Assembly (NCBI GenBank): GCA_964234715.1
Contig: OZ174275.1
Reading direction: 5' to 3' (one strand)
Source: Podarcis melisellensis
Taxonomy: Eukaryota
DNA: 64,000 nt
The position numbers were made by a program, and so were the translations under genes. The notes beneath the pieces were generated by a model. That model saw only the letters and a program-made list of their open reading frames with translations, was not told the origin of the DNA and did not search any database. This document shows positions 44,701 through 63,072 of the stretch, piece after piece; positions within the stretch are counted from its first letter, which is position 1; every line of letters begins with the position of its first letter.

Positions 44701-47488
44701 AGAAGTGTGTTTCTCTTTTCTCCTGATAAGTGGGAGCTTTTTCTGCTCAGCTGATGCTGGCTCCCCCCCCCCTTGCATATTATACAGCTGTTTCAATCCC
44801 ATTTGTGTAATTTAAAAAAAAAATCCCACATGCCCACGTTGCAACATGCTGGCTTTTCCCTCATCACATGAAGAGCATAAGTGTGGACTCCTGAATGAGC
44901 AGAATGTGGAATGGCCACTGTGAGCTCAGCTTTTGGGCACGGTTGTAGGACAAAATAGGGACTGACAGCACACACGAGGGATTGGGGGCAGGAGAAGGGA
45001 CATGGATGGGGATTAGGAAACGACTGAATAGGAGGAGGACTCCCGGCTGTTTTTATTGTCTCTGCTTGTCTTTTGGAACTGCTGATATTTAACTAGACCT
45101 GAGGTTAAATGCCCCTGGTTCTGGCGCCAAAGGAGGGGGGGGGGTTCCTCCCTATGCAAATAGCTTCAAAGGACTTCAGCAAGGGAGGGGGAAAGCTCCC
45201 GACTTCTGCCTTCTGCAATCTGGACAATTCCCCAGCCCTGCTGCAGCTTACATTCAAAAACCATAATAAATTACCTGGGAAGGGCAGAGACATACGGTAT
45301 TTAATGACACTGCCTAGTTCGGCCCCTGTTTAAAAACAAGCAGCGCTCTCTCACTAACTTGCAGCGAAGGGCAGGGCTAGATTTCCACAGCCATCAGACC
45401 TACCAGTCAGCCTCATTGTTTACCAGTTGTGTTTGCACAGTAGCTGGAAGGGGGCTGAAGTGGTTATAGGGAGTGGAAAGTCTCCGTAATGGCATTTCAA
45501 CAGAGATATCTTTCCCCCTCATTTGCCGTCTTGTGTTTAGCTTCTGGAATTTTTTCCTCTGACACCTCAGCTCAGTGCCTGAGGGACATCTGCTTCTCGT
45601 CTTGGGACTGAACCCTCAACAATGTTCTCTCTGTTGTGTAGGGTGGTCTGGTCCTTGTGAGGTGGTGCCTACATACGTTGAAATACTTTTGAGGCAGCAA
45701 ATCAGCACCAAGGTGACTGCTTTCCAATCTCCCTGCCTGCAGACAGCCCAGGAGGCTAAGGGAACTGGTAGAAGAACAACAAAAGGAGGTAGTGGCTCAA
45801 GCTGGCTGGTGTGAGAACAGCATTCTGGACTAGATGGGCCTTTGGCCTGACCCAGCAAGGCTCTTGCATTCTGGCAAATAAGAGTGTCAGCATTTCCAGC
45901 GGGATCTGTGGCCTGGAGAACAAAAAAATGGCTCGGCAAATCAATACAGGTTTTGGACATTACAGACACTTCCAACAAGTGGCCCAGTATTTCTCAGCAG
46001 TACAGTACCTTGACCACTGTATACAGCAGCTTATGTATTGGGGTTTATGGAGTTGCAGCAACAGCTTCTCATTCACAGTACAGGGCAGTGGCAGGCATTA
46101 CCTTTCCTAATTCTGACCTATGCCAAAGGGACTGGTGCAAGAAAATGTACAAATTATTACCAGCACCCCTGTGAGTCATGTAAGATGAGTAATTGACCAA
46201 CACTACTTGGTTCATCTTCCAGTGGGGTTCTGTGGCACTTCCCACTGTGGTTTTAATTCTGCATTCTGTAGCTCTGCTTTCTTAATATTTAATACTCTGA
46301 TTGGCTTTAACATGACATAGCATTTTCCTGTGATTTGGCTTTCTTAAAGGCATTTTCAAAACCCAGGTTTTGCTCTCCTAATCTCTGAAGTACTTTGTAG
46401 ACTCACCACAAGGTGATATTTCTGTAGTTTGTTTTTCCTCATTGTTGCACAAAGTTCCTTACAGGGCATTGCATAGTTTGCCTGACGTAATTGGGTTTCT
46501 ACTAGTGATAGCCCGGGTAGTTACCCAATGGAACTTTTACACTCATTTCCTGTCTGGGTGACATGTCAGATTCAAAACAAACAGCTAAAGAAACTAAAAA
46601 AAGTTACTCTGCCTAAAAGCTTCTTCTCAAAACACAGTGTAAGGTCAGATCCATAAAGTGCTCTGATGATCAAAGCTATTCTGTGAGAACTGCAGACAAA
46701 CGTATGGGTGGCTAATTCAAACAATTACTCTGGCATCTCTTACCACAGCCCCTTAGCATCCAAAGCTCCTTTGCTTACTTATCCCTTCCTGCCATCCACT
46801 GGCCTCTCATTTTAGAAGAATTCTTACAAACACCCTTCCCACGTGTTGAGCAGGAGACCAGGGTGTCACCAGGTAAGCAGGGCCATCTGCTGCTGACAGA
46901 TGTGTGGACTGCATCCCTTGCCAGCTGTGCATTTGGTGCATATAAGGAGAGCTCCTACAAGTGTACCAAATGTCTAGAACTCCCACATGTCAGGAGGGCA
47001 GACAAAGTGATGTACTAGTGAATTGTATGGGTGGCAGATACTACAGCAGGGGGGCATGGCTTTAAAGTTGTTGTTGTTGTTATATTTATACCTCACCTTT
47101 TCCCCTGATGCAACTCAAAGTGGCTTACAATTAAAAATAATAATGGCTAAAAACACAGAAAAAACAAAACTATATACATATATAAAATCCATTAAAAACA
47201 TACAGATAATTACAATAAAAACAGCATAGCACCAGCCCTTTCATTAAAAGCAATCGATTCCACAAAGCCTGCTGGAACAAGAACTTATTCACCTGCCTGA
47301 GGAAGGGCAACAAGGAGAGAGAGCCAGTGTAGCTTCTCTAGGGAGGGAGTTCCAAAATCTGGGGGCAGCCACCGAAAAGGCTCTGTCCACAAGTGATCCT
47401 GTGAGGGTGGCGAGATCGGTAGAAGGGCCTTCCCTGAAGATCTCAAACGTTGGGGAGCTTCGTATGAGGGAATAAGACTTTCAAATAG

Positions 47489-47834
47489 GTGGCACTGTGG
47501 GTTAAGCCACAGAGCCTACAGCTTGCCGATCAGAAGGTCGGCGGTTTGAATCCCCGCGACGGGGTGAGCTCCCGTTGCTCGGTCCCTGCTCCTGCCAACC
47601 CAGCAGTTCCAAAGCACGATGTGCTAGTAGATAAATAGGTACTGCTCCGGCGGGAAGGTAAACAGCGTTTCCGTGCACTGCTCTGGTTTGTCAGAAGCAG
47701 CTTAGTCATGCCGGCCACATAACCCGGAAGCTGTACGCCGGCTCCCTTGGCCAGTAAAGCAAGATGAGCGCCGCCACCCCAGAGTCGTCTGCGACTGGAC
47801 CTAATGGTCAGGGGCCCCTTTACCTTTACCCTTT
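47489..47834 (+). mobile_element. Near full-length Sauria SINE nested in an older minus-strand LINE fragment (about 47070-47900)
   Basis: GTGGCACTGTGGGTTAA head, GGTTTGAATCC box B, (ACCTTT)n tail. Confidence 0.85.
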
Positions 47835-50399
47835 TAAACCGTGTAGGGCTTTATAGGTCATAACCAGCACTTTGAATTGAGCCTGGAAATAGCTAGCCAG
47901 TAGAGCTGTTGTAGAAGGGGGTCCCATGTGGGACTAGTTTGTATGCCACATGTTTCAAAAGGCATAAGAGGACCATGAGGCTGCACAGACTAGCTTGTCC
48001 CATTTGCCATGCCTGTAGCCGCTCCTCCCCATATGTGAGGAGCCCTTCGTGCAAACTGATGAATACATATAGAGCTTCTCAGTGAATGGAAGCCCATGAG
48101 GGGTTTTGTCTCTTATTTGCCTTTCTTTGAGGTCTCTGCCTCCTTTACCTACCGGTAATCTCTCCATTGTTCTTGCTTTTTTGTCTCTTAACCCACTACC
48201 GACACTGTCCACTATCTCCCCTCCTTTCCTGGCTCTCTTAGCTTGGCTGTCTATTGGTTCTACTTCTTCTTTTGATCTTTGAGGATGGAGGAATCTCCTG
48301 CGACATATTATTTGACCATATTTATATATTACTTACCGGTAATTAACAAAAAACCTCTGAGCAGTTTACAATGTAAAATAATTGATTTAGAATCGAGTGG
48401 TAAACACAAATATAAAATTTATCAAGATGCAAATAAAACCAGCAGCTATAAACCAAATATACATAATAGTATTGCATGTTGAAAGTGCATGCTAATTATT
48501 GCCCCCAAGGAAGAGCTGTAGCTTGAAACAGGTTAGATGCCACGACATTTTTAAACAATCAATCAATATTTAACTGCCCTGTGATCTTCAGATGGTGGTA
48601 TACAAATTTTAATCATCATCATCATTTGTACTCAGCATGTTGCGAGTTGCTTTCCTTTTTTGAATATCAAATCGCATCACCCTGACCAAGCTGCTATTGA
48701 AATCCTTTAGTTAGCCTGTTACTCTCTTTGACAAGAATAAACCTTTTAAATTCGTAGCAGTTTGAAGTCTGCTGCTTCTTTCCGACTTTCAGTCTACAAG
48801 TTATGGGCTGAAACAATAAGCCTTTGACAACGCGCCCTGGTAATACAAGAGTCTAAAGAGAATCCACAGCCACTAAGGGCTATCTACTTTATAATCACTG
48901 CAGAGTGTTTTTCTACTCTCCGAATCGTCTCTGAATCCATACCTGATTCTGCAGCTTCCCTTCCCACTAGTACGTTACTGGGGCTGATTCAGGACTTTCT
49001 CACTTGGGAACTAAATTTCACAATTCTGCCAGTGTTTTGAAATTCTGAAAATGTGAAGGATGCTGAAGATGATGCGATGATAAAAAAAGAAGTACAGTTA
49101 TATAGTGCATCATTGTGAAAAGGTGTTTCCTGGCACATTCAAGAAAATGTATACTTGGAGGTTTGTTTGTTAAAAAATCATTTGGCAGAACATATCACCA
49201 GACCTCACAGAAGAGCCTTATTGATTTTGGCTTGACGCCTGTTTTATGTACAATGAGCACTGTGTATGTACACAGCTATATTTTCTCCTGTCAAGGAGTG
49301 AAGTATGTGTGCAATGTATACAGTGCTATAAAGCAGTTTTTTCCAACTCTCTTTTTGATTGAGGAACCCCTAAAAAGCACTGCTGTAAAAGAAGGTGCTA
49401 CATTTACAGGAACTGTGAACGCACATTAAAACAGAAGAATAAGTGTTTTCTCTCTCTGGAAGCTGCGACCTGGCCATCAGCTGCTCTGAGAGACCAGTTG
49501 TCTCTGGGCTCTCTCTGAACAGCATCCTAGCCTTGCCTGTTCCATCAGGTTACAGTAGTGAGAAAGAAAAGGCAACAGGGCTATTTCAGCCGCTCTGCTG
49601 GGAGACCAGCTACCTTTGGCTAGTCTTCTCCCTCATGGGTCACCTAGCAATAGCCATTCCTTCACGCTACCAGACTTGTTATAATTGACCTGTTAAAAGA
49701 ACTGTAACTTTAAGAACTGGTATCTTGAGTTTCCTTTTCCCCTTTCTCCCACTCTTCTTCTTTTGAAGAGTAGGATTAAAAGCAGTTTAAATAAATAAAT
49801 AAAAATTACTGGTAATTTCAAAAAGGCAGTTGCCCCTCTACCTCCCCTTGCATTGAAATAACGCACTGATTCAACAGCTAGTTGCTTGGGTACTCCACTT
49901 TCAAGCTGGTAAGATGCCCACCACCCAGAGAAGGCTGGAGATGATCTTTGCACTGCCAACATTGGCTTGCAACCCACTTTTAGCACCATTCCACTACATC
50001 ACAATGATTCTTCTCTCAGAAGAGATGAAGTTTTTGTGCCGCTATTTTTCCAGTCTCCGGGTAGCAGTTCATCACTTGATGTTACTGGGGATGCCAATTT
50101 GCAGTAAAATATTGGGGAGCGGGGCGGGCAGGTAAGCCCCGCCCTGCATAATCGATCACACGATGCGACGCACGCACACTATCTGAATGGTCCCCTCAAA
50201 TTTTTTGTTGGGGGGTGGGCCCCCTAGAAATTGGCTCCTATGGATGTTACACTCCCAGAAGTATATGTGCGCGCCCTCACGTACACAATGTTTTGGGTTA
50301 TGCGTTAACTAGCTTCCTTCTATATAGGGTACCACTGCCTTCGGGTCTTTCATTCCCATATTTCAGCATGCATCTTTTATTTGAATTTCGAATAACACC

Positions 50400-55810
<5,411 letters not shown>

Positions 55811-55951
55811 ACCTCCCGTGAATGCTTCAGCAGGGACTCTTACCTTCTTACTCAGCTGTGCATGTTTGTTTGTTTTTTGTTTATCCATACTATTGTCCAT
55901 AACTGTATAAAACCATCTATTGTTCTTTTTGTGTTGGTAACTCAAATGCCC

Positions 55952-55957
55952 AATAAA
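55952..55957 (+). terminator. FTH1 polyadenylation signal
   Basis: AATAAA about 140 nt after the stop codon, followed by GT-rich sequence. Confidence 0.8.
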
Positions 55958-58900
55958 AGTGATTTGGTTCCACTAAATTTCAGTTGTCCTGTAGTATGTA
56001 TATAGGTCAAGTGTTGGCAAAGTAGTGAGAGCAGGGTTTCTTCCAAACTTAATAAATCTTTTATACCACCTTTTTTAGGAATACCACCCAGTTCTCGCCC
56101 CCAAACTCCACCACAAGGCCTACACATTTATCCCACTGGCCTTTTAAGTGAGGTGGAGGGGGCTTAAACTTCTAAAAATCGCTCCATTGCCCACACTGGG
56201 ACTTGCACAACCCTGCAATCCTATATGCTCTCATAAAATTGTAAAGTTTGGAAACCCCAAGGGTCATCTAGCCCAACCCCCTGGGATACAGAAATATGTG
56301 AAGAGTATGCTCCATTTAACTCAGTGGTACTTCATGTTTTCAGACTTCTTGAACGTTCTGTTCTCTGTGCTGGATTCTCATCCTGTGTCTTCCATATAAA
56401 AGCACTTAAATGTGACCTCTACATCAGAGAAATTAAATTATACATGTAGCTTAAATCTTTCAAAGTCATGCCATTCTGGAAATGAGCTACGTTTTCATAA
56501 GGGGGCAGGGTCAGTTTTAATAAGTGGGATGTTTGTTTTTAAAGTTCATGGAGGAGTGTTGAACTATGAGCCTGGCGACATGTCTGGGTAAATTATTTTC
56601 TAAAAATTGATTCTTCAGTGAGGCTTGGCAAATTAATCACTACTTGAAATGCTACTCTGCCACCTTATAATGAAGATGGTTGGGAATGCTAAGGAAGGGT
56701 GGGATAAGACCCCACTGTGGATATTGTTAGTATTGTATTTCTGGGCCTTAGCCCTCAAAATATGCATATGCATACACACATGAATGTCTCTGGTACAAAA
56801 TTGCCACACAACTCCAATTGGATGTGAGCTGCTACTGTCAACCATTTTCAAGCCCATTCCTTTTCCAGTAAGTTCAGTGAAGGATGTGAACTCATGCTTT
56901 AGGATCTATAAACTGTTTAAGGCACTCCAATAAACTATATAGAGATACATCTATATAGCAGATCTATATACTGTAGAGATCTGCTCTAGCCACTGTCCTA
57001 AGATCCTTTGAAATCATGTCACAGCTAATGAATTAGTTTGGATCTTAAGTTTCTCTTTGGAGCAGTTCTGGGTAAAGGATTGATAGCTGCCATGAAATGT
57101 ACCTTTCCACAATGAGGTTTTGAAACTGGTTCATTCTAGAGTAATTTTCCCGTTTGTTTCATGCACTCCATACTGTTAGGGGCAGCTCTGAGTTTGTTAA
57201 CTTTTGACATGAGTCTAGAATTTAAGAATGATGCAAGTGTAGTTAAGCATATCTGGAGGGAAACAGTTAACCATTGGATTTGTGCTAGTTATGGGGGAAG
57301 TTTTAGGAACTTGATTCATGTCCACGACAGAACCCTGCTTGGGATTTTCTGTCTTAATCTTGTGTCCTCAGTACAATATTTGGGAGAGGTTCCTATCCAA
57401 AAGGTTTAGAAACTTGGTTTTTTCCTCTTTCCTTTAATGATAGCTGATGTCAGGTTATGTTGAAATCTTTTGTGTGGAATGTAGGCAGCCTTGCTTATAC
57501 CTAAAGCATGCCTGAAGCCTCTCCACCCTTAATGGAAAGAAATTACACTCTCTTGAAGTCAGTCTGTTGCTTTACTAATAACTGCATTTACAGTTGGTAT
57601 GTTTCTGACCCATCTTAATCCCTCCTGTAAACTGGAAAAAAGGTTAATCTTCCTCAAAGAACAGATTAAATCAGGGATGAGGAACCTGGGGCCCTCCAGA
57701 TGTTGGGCTACAGTCATGTCTGACCACTGGCATTCTTGGCTGTGACTCATACGAGCAGTCGGTACAGCGTGAGACTCTTAATCTGGAAAACCACAGTTTC
57801 CCTATCTGTGGATTAGATTGTGTGTCTACGAGAGGATGAATGACTGCTGGGAGAAGTGCCGAAAGAAACCCCATGGTGCACCTGTAAGTAACTAAACCGG
57901 ATGCCTTAATCTGCCCCAGCTGCAACAAAACATGTCCCTTCCATTATCAGTCTCTGCAACCACAGCAGGTGTTACAACTCCAACCATTTGACTTCACCCT
58001 CGAAGGCGTACTCTCCTACTGTCTACCGAGACAGACAGATGCCAAAACCAATGGATTAGATCCAATGAAGGGATTTCTTCCTTGGAACTTTCAACAATGG
58101 CCCCAAATGGGTTTCCTGTGCTTTGTGGTGCGCTAGGCCAAAATGGCAGAGCAGTAGCAGAAAATAAAAAGTGGAGGTGGTTCTCATTTGATACCCTGAG
58201 AAGTGTAGGTGTTTTTCAAGGTTTCCAGTTTAGTGAGCATGAGATTCTGCAAATGCTGACACCCAAACTTGTAAGTGATTCTCTTCCTGCCCCCCGTGAA
58301 TGTTGCTACAGCAATTGCTATATCCTGACAGGAGCCGTTTATTGGACCTGTAAATGGCTCAAGATCCTGTGTTAAAACATAGCCAGATCAAAACATCCAA
58401 CTCTCTGTAATTTAACAGGGGTATTGTCTAGCTGTGCTTTCTGTTTGTGCTATTTGAAGCTACAAGGAACTGAAACTTTTTCTTCAGTTGACTTGTCACC
58501 TGCTTTTTAGAAATAGGTTGTAGGCAAATAAAAGCTGTGATGCTCTCTATTGCTAATGTGTGTTTAGTAAAGGGATACAGCGCAAATGACGGTGCTCTGT
58601 ATATAGTGTAATCAAGCTACGGCCACTCAGCAAAACTGCTTCTTCATTATCTGTCCTACAGTTGACTTAGGCAGCCAGCAAAAAACTCTTAATGCTTATC
58701 AAGCAAGTGGTTTTTAACCACAGCCTTAATCTTTCTGTCCATAAGTGCTGTTGTGTGTGTGCTCCCCAAATTTTTGAGACCTGACACCTCTTTTTCCTAC
58801 AGTGTCAGAAGTGGAAGCAAACTTCACTCTCATTCTCAAAAAGATTATATCACTCTATATTGTCTCAGAACATTGGGCGGACCTCTTCCTTGCAATGGTG

Positions 58901-59256
58901 GGACTGACCAATTAGTACTGCTTTCTGATGCTTGTTGATCCTCCACTCAAGGATGGGATTGTGCTTTGGGAGCAACTGGGATATTTCTGGGACTCCCACA
59001 CTCTCCTTGGCTTGCTGGAGTGAGAACTGGTTTCATAATCGTGTGGTGCTCAAGTGCCCTGAATGACTCTTAACCAGCATGTAAGCAAAAGCCTATGCAT
59101 TGTCTATGGTGTGATCTGTTCAACCCAATGTTTTTGCCTTCTCAGCTGTTCTGTAGCTCATTTTATGTGATTCCGGTGTCTCTTAAGAGGCTGCGCACCC
59201 ACTTCATTTTTTAAAAAACCATGCCATCCTAGATGAAACGCATCTGTGAGCCCATT

Positions 59257-60466
59257 TCATTTAGTTATCTCTGCCTCCTTCCCTTCATCAGCTGTGCTCT
59301 CGCTGGTTTCCATGATCACTTCCATTAGCCCGACAAAGTCTCCTTCTGCTAGGGAGATGCCCGAGTCATTGGGAGAAGAGCTGGCTGCCTTTCTCTGGTC
59401 CTTGGTATGATAAGTGTTGGTGACTCCACTTCCTGCATCTCTGGCAGCCCCCGGCGCTGTTGGCGAATCCTGCTCCATGCCTCCAGGAGAAGCCTCCGAG
59501 GCAGAGCCAACAGCAGCGTTTGCTTTGCCCAGACGGGATCTCTCAAGCACTGGGGATGTCAAGGGTGTGAAGGGAAAGCAGGTGGGAGGGCCATTGCTGC
59601 TAGGGGTCTTGATACCGTAGGAGTGGAGGTAGGTGGGGTAGTCTGGGTTTGGAGTTGCTGAGCGGTCTGGTGTAAACCAGGGCTGCCGGTGGCCTTTCAG
59701 ACCCTTGACGTTTGCCTGCATTTCAGGATCCGGGGACTCCGCAAAGAAAGGAAACTTGGGACTTGCCGAGCTCGCTGAGGACAGAGGCCCTCCTGGGCTT
59801 CCCAAAGGGGCAATCTCCTTCGATCCATTGCTCAAGTTTTTTGCCACCTCTTCAATGGTCACTGCCAAGGAGTCTGAAGCCTGGCCTTTCTCCGTTGGCC
59901 AAACAAAAGTTTCTCTAGTTCCCGATCCAAGAGAGTTCTCACTTCTGTCCATGTCGCTGGCTCTGCCAGGAGATTGGCTGGTGGAGTTGTCCCTCAAAGA
60001 AGAAGAGCAGGCGGCGATGCTGGAGAGAGCAGGCGGCTTCTTGCGGCCTTGACGTCTGGATGGGAAGATCATGGGGATGGAGCTGATGGGCGTCTGTGGG
60101 GCGCTGTAGAAGCCAGGCCTCTCGTAGAACGGAGTGGACATGAAGGCGTCAAATTCTCTCAGCTTGCTGGCCGCCTTGTCCCATTGGTCCTGGGAGGTGA
60201 AGCTGGCTGGGGAGCAGTCTCCCCTTTGCTGGTTGATACTGGTTGGGCTGCCGGGTTTGCCCACATCTGGGTAGGCGTAATAAGGGGAAGAAGGCACACT
60301 GTCATTCCTCCGGCGCATCAGGTTCATTCTGGACGACCTGGGGAAAGTGGGGGACTGGACGTTCAGGAAGCGGCTGATGTGGCCCAGCAATGGGGTGGAG
60401 TGGTTTGCTTCCTCGTTCTCTTTAATCTGTTCCAGGGGTTGGAATTCCATCTCTTCTTTCTGCATG
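59257..60466 (-). CDS. BEST1: BEST1 terminal coding exon (cytoplasmic tail)
   Basis: cccttctccag|C ATG CAG AAA GAA GAG ATG GAA TTC CAA CCC (KEEMEFQP); open to TGA at 59257. Confidence 0.92.
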
Positions 60467-60803
60467 CTGGAGAAGGGAAACAGGCAGTTGCACACAGTGA
60501 CTGGAGAGATTAGAACATGTAGGGTGGCTCTAAACTCCTATGTTGGGTGCACTCTGAACAGTGCCATCTCCATGTTCTGGAGAGCCCTTGGAGAGAAAAC
60601 AGCCTCAGTGCCCCTTTACCGCCTCTCTCCAACTTATGTCAGGGGTCCCGCTTCCAGCCCCTGTTGCTGCTGCTTCCCCTGACTATTGCTGTCACCTGTT
60701 CAGTGTTCACCAGGCAGAGAAGAACCAGTGAGCAAGCAAATGTGGCACAGATTGCTGCTCCCCACTAACATGGCTCTTCACTTGCTCACCCCCTTTGTGG
60801 GCC

Positions 60804-60874
<71 letters not shown>

Positions 60875-63072
60875 TGAGCAAGTGGGCAGCAGCAGCAAGG
60901 AAGAGGAGAAGGGGTGGGACCAGGGGGCTCTCAACTATTGACTTATGGGACTTGGTAGGTGCTTGACCATGCCAGTCAATGATTCTTGTGCTTTCTGTGT
61001 TTGTACTAGCATGTCTACTCATGGTTGTTTGTTACTTCCAGGTTTGGCCCAAGACATTTTGCTGCAAAATTCCTCCTCGTCAAGGGGTGCAATATCCAAG
61101 GCTGATCAAGTCAGTTTGACACCTGAGGCAAAAAAAATTCCACAAGCAGCTCTCCCCACTCCTTGGCAGTAAAAAAAAATCAATAATAAATCACTAACAA
61201 TTTCCTGCCTTATGATATCTAAAATCAGCTGCCTGGGGTGGCTGCCTCACTCTGCCCAATGATAGGGCCGGCTCTTTGTGTGCTTACAAAACAAAAATAT
61301 GAAAACCTGCACCAGGAGAAGCTGACCTATGAGACACGTTGCTCAGACATGACATATAGCACAGTCCTATTTATTCAAACACCTCAGAGGATGAAGATGT
61401 TCATAAACAGCTTATTTGGCAGTCTGCGCCTTGATTACTTTGGCCAGTGGTATTCATTTGATTACCTGCAGGCCACAAGGTGAGGTGTGGCAGAGCTAAA
61501 GAGGTGAGTCTTGGCAACATATCACAAAGAATTTGGCTATTTGTGGTTTGGGTGACTGAGGTTCTGCTGGGAACCATAGCAACAGCGAAAACAAGCTCCA
61601 CAGCACCTCAAAACAGCCAAATGACACGTTCTGGTAGAAGCTGATGTAAAAAGAGTGGTGTGAGCATTGGAGGAATGTCAAATTATATGCTAACTGCAAA
61701 CTCATTCTCCTTACGTAGCCCAAACGGCATCATCCATGCACAAGAGCAGGCTTGCGGAAGTACAAAATGTTTTAAGCTTTTTTTTAATACGTTCTGTTGA
61801 ACACTGTCCTCTTCTGGTTTATTACTTTGTGTGCAGGAAGAGGGCATGGCTGGCTGTCTGGCTGGAACCCTGAACAGGAGCACTCCCCACTGCAACATGT
61901 TATTTTATCTCCTCCTTGGGTTTTCTGCTAGTAATTCTCAAAACTCTTGTGGAACTATAACGACAAACACGTGTATAATGTCATGAGCTTCCATAGGCAA
62001 ACGCCTACTTCATCTCCTGGGTCGGGAAAGGGTTGCTTTAGGTAGCTTCACTTGCCTGATGTCAAAGGTCGAGCCCAGGAAAGATGTCCGCTTATAATCC
62101 GCAGTTGCTGCTGTGTAGGGTGGCTGTGGGTCTGGTTCGTTCCAATATGGGTCCTTCTGCAGGGTGGGCAGGTCCTGGTGCATTTCATCCACTGCCATAA
62201 GGGAGACCTGCGTAGACAAGACACAATGGGATCAAAACTCAATGGGGCTGTGAATGCGTTTGCTCTTATTCTTCCATTTCTGAGAAAACATCCATTTCTA
62301 ATAATTTGGGGGGCGGCTGCAATTTAAGAATGGTTGAGGTGATGACTGTGTTCAGTTGAGAGTGCTGGAGAGCTTATGATAATAGAGCAGCTCACTAAGA
62401 TAACTATATTATTGTGGCTTGCTGGAGTCTTGATAACCCTCTCCTTTTTTGAGTGGGCGAGTCCCAGGCAGACAAAAAAAAAAAAAGCTGGAGGTTTATG
62501 GCGTCTGTAGTAGGCTCAGCTCATGGCTGAGTGGGGCTATGCTCAGCTTGGTGGACCACAACTTGTGCAGGCCTGCCTAGGAGGAAAGGTTGGTTATGAG
62601 CTGCCTTTGATGTACAGGAAGCAGCATGAGATCATGAGTAGCAAGCAAATGATCAAAGTGCAGTAAAGAGTAAAAGCTCAAGGAGGGGAGAGTATGGGAA
62701 GCCTCCTTCCAAATTTTGATATAGAAACATCTTGAAATGTCATACGTTAAGTTAGACGCACACTAGGCCTTCTGATAACAAAGCCACTCACCAAGAAAGT
62801 CATGCTTGGCTCAGAGACCTGCTAATGCTATATGAAGCTTTTTCTCAGAGCCATGATTTCATCTTATTGAATGCTGGGTGTCTAATGAATCGCTGGGAAG
62901 GAGTGTTGAGCCTCAAAGGGGAAAGAGCTGCCCTGTGGGAAGCATAAAAAGGCCTTCTCTGAGTGCTGTAATAGCCAGGCCTCAGACTCACCTGGAGATT
63001 CCTATCAATGAGCCAGTTGGTTTCAAAGTCGTCGTCATCCTCCCCAAATGGATTAATGAGCTGTTCAGCTAC
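59257..63072 (-). CDS. BEST1: Bestrophin-1, 5'-partial (last three coding exons)
   Basis: Exons 63072-62992 ([27 protein letters not shown], Ca2+ clasp), 62207-62056 ([14 protein letters not shown]...[11 protein letters not shown]) and 60466-59257; convergent with FTH1 as in other vertebrates. Confidence 0.95.
60804..60868. repeat. (AG)n microsatellite in a BEST1 intron
   Basis: Read directly from the sequence. Confidence 0.95.
62056..62207 (-). CDS. BEST1: BEST1 exon (152 nt, GC donor)
   Basis: ATCAG|gcaagt donor; phase 2 matches the next exon. Confidence 0.92.
62992..63072 (-). CDS. BEST1: BEST1 exon (81 nt)
   Basis: tttcacag|GTAGCT...CTCCAG|gtgagt. Confidence 0.95.

Noticed and set aside
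46172-46178. TGAGTCA about 4.4 kb upstream of FTH1 as the homolog of the mammalian distal ARE
   Set aside because: Plain AP-1 core without the flanking GC or an inverted partner; the distance match is probably chance.
39300-50100. A hidden gene between INCENP-B and FTH1 (for example ORF 44221..44754)
   Set aside because: That ORF lies almost entirely within the solo LTR; I found no coherent exon chain or protein similarity, though a lncRNA cannot be excluded.
55957-59257. Overlapping FTH1 and BEST1 3' UTRs
   Set aside because: 3.3 kb separates the FTH1 poly(A) signal from the BEST1 stop, and a minus-strand AATAAA lies at 58338-58343, so overlap is not supported by sequence alone.
61036-61122. 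Possible 87-nt cassette exon in a BEST1 intron (minus strand)
   Set aside because: Splice sites are plausible, but it has an in-frame TGA and no homology support.
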